From an uncultured Clostridia bacterium (GTDB lineage: Bacteria > Bacillota > Clostridia > Christensenellales > Borkfalkiaceae), in NCBI GenBank assembly GCA_949283125.1, contig CASDRK010000011.1, positions 23,363-87,362 on the forward strand: a stretch of DNA of 64,000 nucleotides. Direction: 5' to 3'. How positions within the stretch are numbered: position 1 is the stretch's first letter; every line of letters begins with the position of its first letter. The position numbers were made by a program, and so were the translations under genes. Positions 60,507 to 64,000 of this stretch are shown in pieces. The notes beneath the pieces are model-generated. The model did not search any database. It was given only the letters and a program-made list of their open reading frames with translations, and was not told where the DNA came from.

Positions 60507-62315
60507 ATGTACAAGCAGCTGGTACGGCAAAATCTGATAATCATCGCGGCGGGCCTGTTGGTGTTCTTTTTTCTGTCCGTAGCCGTGACTAATTTTGTCA
60601 ACCGCCGCAATCTGCAGAGCGAGCTGGTGTATCTTTCGGACATTCTCGCCAACCACATCATGGCCACCGACACCGACGACGAGCTGCGCAGCGCGGTGAA
60701 CGAATTCACCGAAGGCCAGAAGTGGTTCGCCGTGGTGATAGCCACGAGCCTGGGCGACATAGTGGTTGACAGCGGGGTGGACGCGGTAGGCGACGGCGTG
60801 CTGCGCCGGCTGGAAGATTTTGAAATGGAAAAGGTGGGGCTGCCCGGCAACGCGGGCACCGTGTACGTGAACGGCAGCAGGATATACTATATCTGCGCGC
60901 TTACCGAGGACATGATCCTCCGCACGTCCATCACCCTTGCCGACAACACCAACTTCATTCTGCTGGGAATGTTCATCCTCGTGGCCGTGCTCATAGTTCT
61001 TCTTGTGGTCAGCATAACGCTGACGGGCAAGGCCAGCGCGCGCATAACGCAGGCCTTCGACAACATCGGCAGCCATCTGCGGCTGACGGCCAAGGGCAGG
61101 TACGAGGAGATAGAGGAGGACCACCGCTACGAGGAAGTGGCGCAGGCATATCATGCCATCAACGCCGTCAACAACAGCATATATCAGTATATAACGCAGA
61201 TAAGCGCCGAGCGCGACAAGCTCAATTATATAATAGAAAACATCAACGAAGGCCTGATACTTTCGGGCGTAAGCGGCAGGATATACGCCGTCAACGACCG
61301 CGCCTGTGAAATATTCGGCGCCCGCCGCCCCGAGGGGGAAGCGCATCTTCGCGACATCATTTCCGACGGCGAATTTTTGCGCAGACTGCAGGAGGAGACG
61401 GACACGCGCGCGGAGATGAGGTTCGACTATCACAGCGCCGCGCAGGACAAGATATACCTTGTAACGCTCAACTGCTTCAGCCGCAGTCCGGACGACGGCG
61501 AGGAGGACATGGTGTCCGTGGTGCTGTACGACATCACCGCGCTGCGCAAGGAAGAGCGCATAAAGGCCGACTTCATCGCCAACGCCTCGCACGAGCTCAA
61601 AACGCCCATAACTTCCATAAGCGGGTTTTCGGAGCTGTTGCTTTCGGGGCTCGTGACAAAGCCCGAGGACGTCAAAAAATATGTGACCAACATCTGCGAG
61701 GAAGCCGCCGTAATGCGGCACACGGTGGAAGAACTTTTATATCTTTCCAAGCTCGACTACTCCGACGAACTCACCGAAAAGGAGGAGGTCGACCTGTACG
61801 CTCTCGCTTCGGTGTGCATAGGCAATCACGCCGCCGCGGCCGAGCGGGCGGGCGTCGTCATGGAACAGCGCGGCAAAAAAGCGGCGATAAGCGGCAGTGA
61901 AGCTCTGCTCGAGCACATGCTCGGCAATCTTATAGACAACGCAATAAAGTACAACAAGCCGGGCGGCAGAGTGACGGTGGAGACGGGCACGGCAAAGGGC
62001 AAAAAATTCGTCAGGGTGCGCGACACGGGTCTGGGCATAAAGCCCCAGCACCTCGACAAACTGTTCGAGCGCTTTTACCGCGTGGAAAACAGCCGCAGCC
62101 GCGATACGGGCGGCACGGGTCTGGGCCTGACCATCGTCAACAAGATCTGCGCCCTGCATCACGCGCAGATAGAGGTAAAGAGCCGTTACGGCCGCGGCAC
62201 GTCGTTCACCGTGACGTTCGCGCCGCCGGCTTCCGCCGCGGGCGTGCCCGCCGGCAATAAAAATCAGACAAAACAGGAGGCTGAGGCAGCAAAATGCTCA
62301 AAGAACAACCCTTGA
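60507..62315 (+). CDS. Sensor histidine kinase (two TM, ~130-aa extracytoplasmic loop, PAS, HisKA, HATPase_c)
   Basis: 602 aa. H-box ASHELKTPITSISGFSELL, N-box NLIDNAIKYN and G-boxes DTGLGI and GGTGLGLTIV. Confidence 0.9.
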   Translation: MYKQLVRQNLIIIAAGLLVFFFLSVAVTNFVNRRNLQSELVYLSDILANHIMATDTDDELRSAVNEFTEGQKWFAVVIATSLGDIVVDSGVDAVGDGVLRRLEDFEMEKVGLPGNAGTVYVNGSRIYYICALTEDMILRTSITLADNTNFILLGMFILVAVLIVLLVVSITLTGKASARITQAFDNIGSHLRLTAKGRYEEIEEDHRYEEVAQAYHAINAVNNSIYQYITQISAERDKLNYIIENINEGLILSGVSGRIYAVNDRACEIFGARRPEGEAHLRDIISDGEFLRRLQEETDTRAEMRFDYHSAAQDKIYLVTLNCFSRSPDDGEEDMVSVVLYDITALRKEERIKADFIANASHELKTPITSISGFSELLLSGLVTKPEDVKKYVTNICEEAAVMRHTVEELLYLSKLDYSDELTEKEEVDLYALASVCIGNHAAAAERAGVVMEQRGKKAAISGSEALLEHMLGNLIDNAIKYNKPGGRVTVETGTAKGKKFVRVRDTGLGIKPQHLDKLFERFYRVENSRSRDTGGTGLGLTIVNKICALHHAQIEVKSRYGRGTSFTVTFAPPASAAGVPAGNKNQTKQEAEAAKCSKNNP

Positions 62316-62770
62316 CAACCGATCTCATCGGGGACAAAACGTCCAAAACGGACGAACGCATAGCCTTTTTCGGGGCGGTGGACGAGCTGTCCGCAAACAT
62401 CATGATGCTCACCCATCACGTAGACGACATCAGCATAGAGATGGATCTGAGGAAGATAGTCAGCCTGCTTTCGGCCATGATGGCCGAAGTGGCCGGCGGC
62501 TACGGGCACATAGGGCAAAAGCACCTCGACGAACTGCTCGAAGTAGTCAAAAAGTACGAAAACGTTGCCGGGCCGTTCAAAACGTTCGTGTTGCCCGGCA
62601 CCACGCTGATGGGCGCGCGCGTGCACATAGTGCGCACCGTGGCCCGCCGCGCCGAGCTCGCCTATGCGCGCGTGTACGAAAAGCACGGCGGCAGCGGATA
62701 CATATTCGAATATCTGAACAAGCTTTCAACGCTCCTGTATGCGCTTGCGCGCATATACGACGAAAAGTAA
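62294..62770 (+). CDS. PduO-type ATP:cob(I)alamin adenosyltransferase
   Basis: 158 aa. ..GDKT.....ERI.FFG.VDEL.. and ..FVLPGT...GARVHIVRTVARRAE.. match the PduO/MMAB family. Confidence 0.8.
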   Translation: MLKEQPLTTDLIGDKTSKTDERIAFFGAVDELSANIMMLTHHVDDISIEMDLRKIVSLLSAMMAEVAGGYGHIGQKHLDELLEVVKKYENVAGPFKTFVLPGTTLMGARVHIVRTVARRAELAYARVYEKHGGSGYIFEYLNKLSTLLYALARIYDEK

Positions 62771-62849
62771 TTGAATGCGGGCATGCCCCGCCCGCGCGGT
62801 AAAGCCGCGCGCACAACTCAATCTTCAACGGGATCTGCCGCGCGCGTCA

Positions 62850-63013
62850 TGGCGCGGCAAAGAGCAGGGGAAGCGCGGTGGAAGTCCGTCGCAACTGTCA
62901 TTACGGTAAAAGTCCGGTAACCTGCCCCGCTGAACAGCCGCGGAGTTATTCTTGGGCAGTGGACGGCCGCGGCGCATAAATTTTATTGCCCCTTGCAAGG
63001 GGCATATTTTTTT
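62850..63013 (+). promoter_or_regulatory. Cobalamin riboswitch with terminator expression platform
   Basis: AGGGGAAGCGCGGTGGAAGTCCGTCGCAACTGT fits the conserved GGGAA..GGTG.AA..CC core. AAGTCCGGTAACCTGCC fits the B12 box. The terminator is TGCCCCTTG/CAAGGGGCA plus TATTTTTTT at 62987-63013. Confidence 0.75.
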
Positions 63014-63029
63014 AGGAGGAACAAAAAAC

Positions 63030-63437
63030 ATGAAAAAACTTGCAGCCGCTCTCTTCGCCCTCGTCGCCGCCCTTGCGTGCATGGCCTTCGCCGCATGCAC
63101 CGACAGCAACGTCGGCGGGGACGAAAACACCGTGGTCATCACCGTGGCCGAAGATTACGACGTAGAGGGCAAGACGCTCAAAGACTACATGGACTATCTT
63201 GTCGCCGAGGACGAGCTCGCCTATGAGATCTCGGACGGCATGATAGTTTCGCTCAACGGCAAGGCCAACACCACAAACAGCTACTGGATGCTCTACACGT
63301 CGGACGAGGCCAACGCCAACACCGCCTGGGGCACGATAGAGTACGACGGCCATACATACGGCTCGGCTACTCTCGGGGCGCCCTCGCTGCCGCTGGCCGA
63401 AGGCGCGGTCTACGTCTGGTCATATCAGACGTTCTGA
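63030..63437 (+). CDS. Lipoprotein, DUF4430/transcobalamin-like (candidate B12-binding protein)
   Basis: 135 aa from MKKLAAALF... with lipobox AFAAC. ..YWMLYT....N.......IEYDG..YGSAT.G.....L.EG..Y.W.YQ.. resembles DUF4430. It lies immediately downstream of the B12 riboswitch. Confidence 0.55.
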   Translation: MKKLAAALFALVAALACMAFAACTDSNVGGDENTVVITVAEDYDVEGKTLKDYMDYLVAEDELAYEISDGMIVSLNGKANTTNSYWMLYTSDEANANTAWGTIEYDGHTYGSATLGAPSLPLAEGAVYVWSYQTF

Positions 63438-63438
63438 T

Positions 63439-64000
63439 ATGAGTCCCGCAAAGGAGCTGGCGCTGATCGGCGTTTTTACTGCCCTGCTGATCGGCGGCCA
63501 GCTGGCTCTCAGCCAGATTTCGGGCGTCGAAATAGTTACCGTGCTCTTGCTGAGCTTTGCTTACTGTTTCGGCATGCGCGTCGGCCTGTCCGTGGCCAAC
63601 GCGTTCTCCGTGCTGCGCTGTTTTCTTTTCGGGTTTTTCCCCTCGGTGATAATACTTTATCTCGTCTACTATAACCTGTTCGTGGTCGTGTTCGCGTTGC
63701 TCGGCAAAAAATTCGGCGGCAGACTGACTGTGGGCGTGCATGCGCTGCTCGTCATATGCGCATGCGTGCTCACAGTGTTCTTCACCGCGCTCGACGACGT
63801 CATCACGCCGCTGTACTACGGCTTTACGGCCGGCGCGGCCAAGGCCTACGCCCTCATGTCGCTCACGGCCGTGATACCGCAGACGATATGCGCCGCCGTC
63901 ACCGTGCTGTTTATTCTGCCCGTGCTGGTCAGGATATATTCCGCCACAAAGCTGGGCGGCCGCAAATTGCTCGGCGGCCCGGGCGGCGCGGACGCGCCGG
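63439..64000 (+). CDS. ECF-transporter S-component-like membrane protein (CbrT-like?), 3' end beyond the window or Ala/Gly-rich tail
   Basis: My own translation: MSPAKELALIGVFTALLIGGQLALSQISGVEIVTVLLLSFAYCFG..., with 5-6 hydrophobic helices. It is not in the ORF track because there is no stop within the window. Confidence 0.5.
   Translation, partial: MSPAKELALIGVFTALLIGGQLALSQISGVEIVTVLLLSFAYCFGMRVGLSVANAFSVLRCFLFGFFPSVIILYLVYYNLFVVVFALLGKKFGGRLTVGVHALLVICACVLTVFFTALDDVITPLYYGFTAGAAKAYALMSLTAVIPQTICAAVTVLFILPVLVRIYSATKLGGRKLLGGPGGADAP

Noticed and set aside
60447-61721. 424-aa minus-strand ORF antisense to the histidine kinase
   Set aside because: The plus-strand frame carries the complete H, N and G boxes, and the antisense frame has no motifs.

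Overview
GC-rich (by eye roughly 60-65%) Clostridia-like chromosomal window. Positions 1-9.5 kb look like a replication-origin neighbourhood: spoIIE, mnmG and dnaA lie on the minus strand, and recF and every later host gene lie on the plus strand. A ~12.3 kb visibly AT-richer element (9478-21769) is bounded by an 18-bp direct repeat and sits in the 3' end of a vanW gene. It encodes an IS30-family DDE transposase, an HUH rolling-circle Rep, a Zot-like P-loop ATPase, three large membrane-anchored proteins, a SprT-like protease and many small ORFs, all on the minus strand. I read it as an inovirus-like but non-canonical integrated element. It holds the most unusual features of the window: three copies of an 18-bp palindrome, a divergent switch region with a candidate small RNA, an AT-rich cargo gene with a MazF/PemK-like C-terminal half, and nested perfect hairpins. 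Downstream host DNA carries plsX-rnc-smc-ftsY (with structured repeats in the smc-ftsY spacer), a NifX-like protein and ppa. A complete B12-dependent methylaspartate pathway for glutamate fermentation follows: glmS-glmL-glmE-mal, a citDEF/citC/citXG-type lyase set, and a class I fumarase-type hydratase further on. This is contiguous with a lipoprotein-rich island built around gamma-glutamyl and poly-gamma-glutamate chemistry: two tandem GGT paralogs, a permease, two AstE/AspA (M14-like) zinc hydrolases, a 1176-aa lipoprotein, murI, and pgsB-pgsC with accessory genes. After that come an OmpR/HisKA two-component system, a PduO-type adenosyltransferase and a cobalamin riboswitch controlling putative B12 uptake genes. 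I saw no rRNA, tRNA or CRISPR. All family assignments come from motif recognition by eye and from memory; no searches were run.
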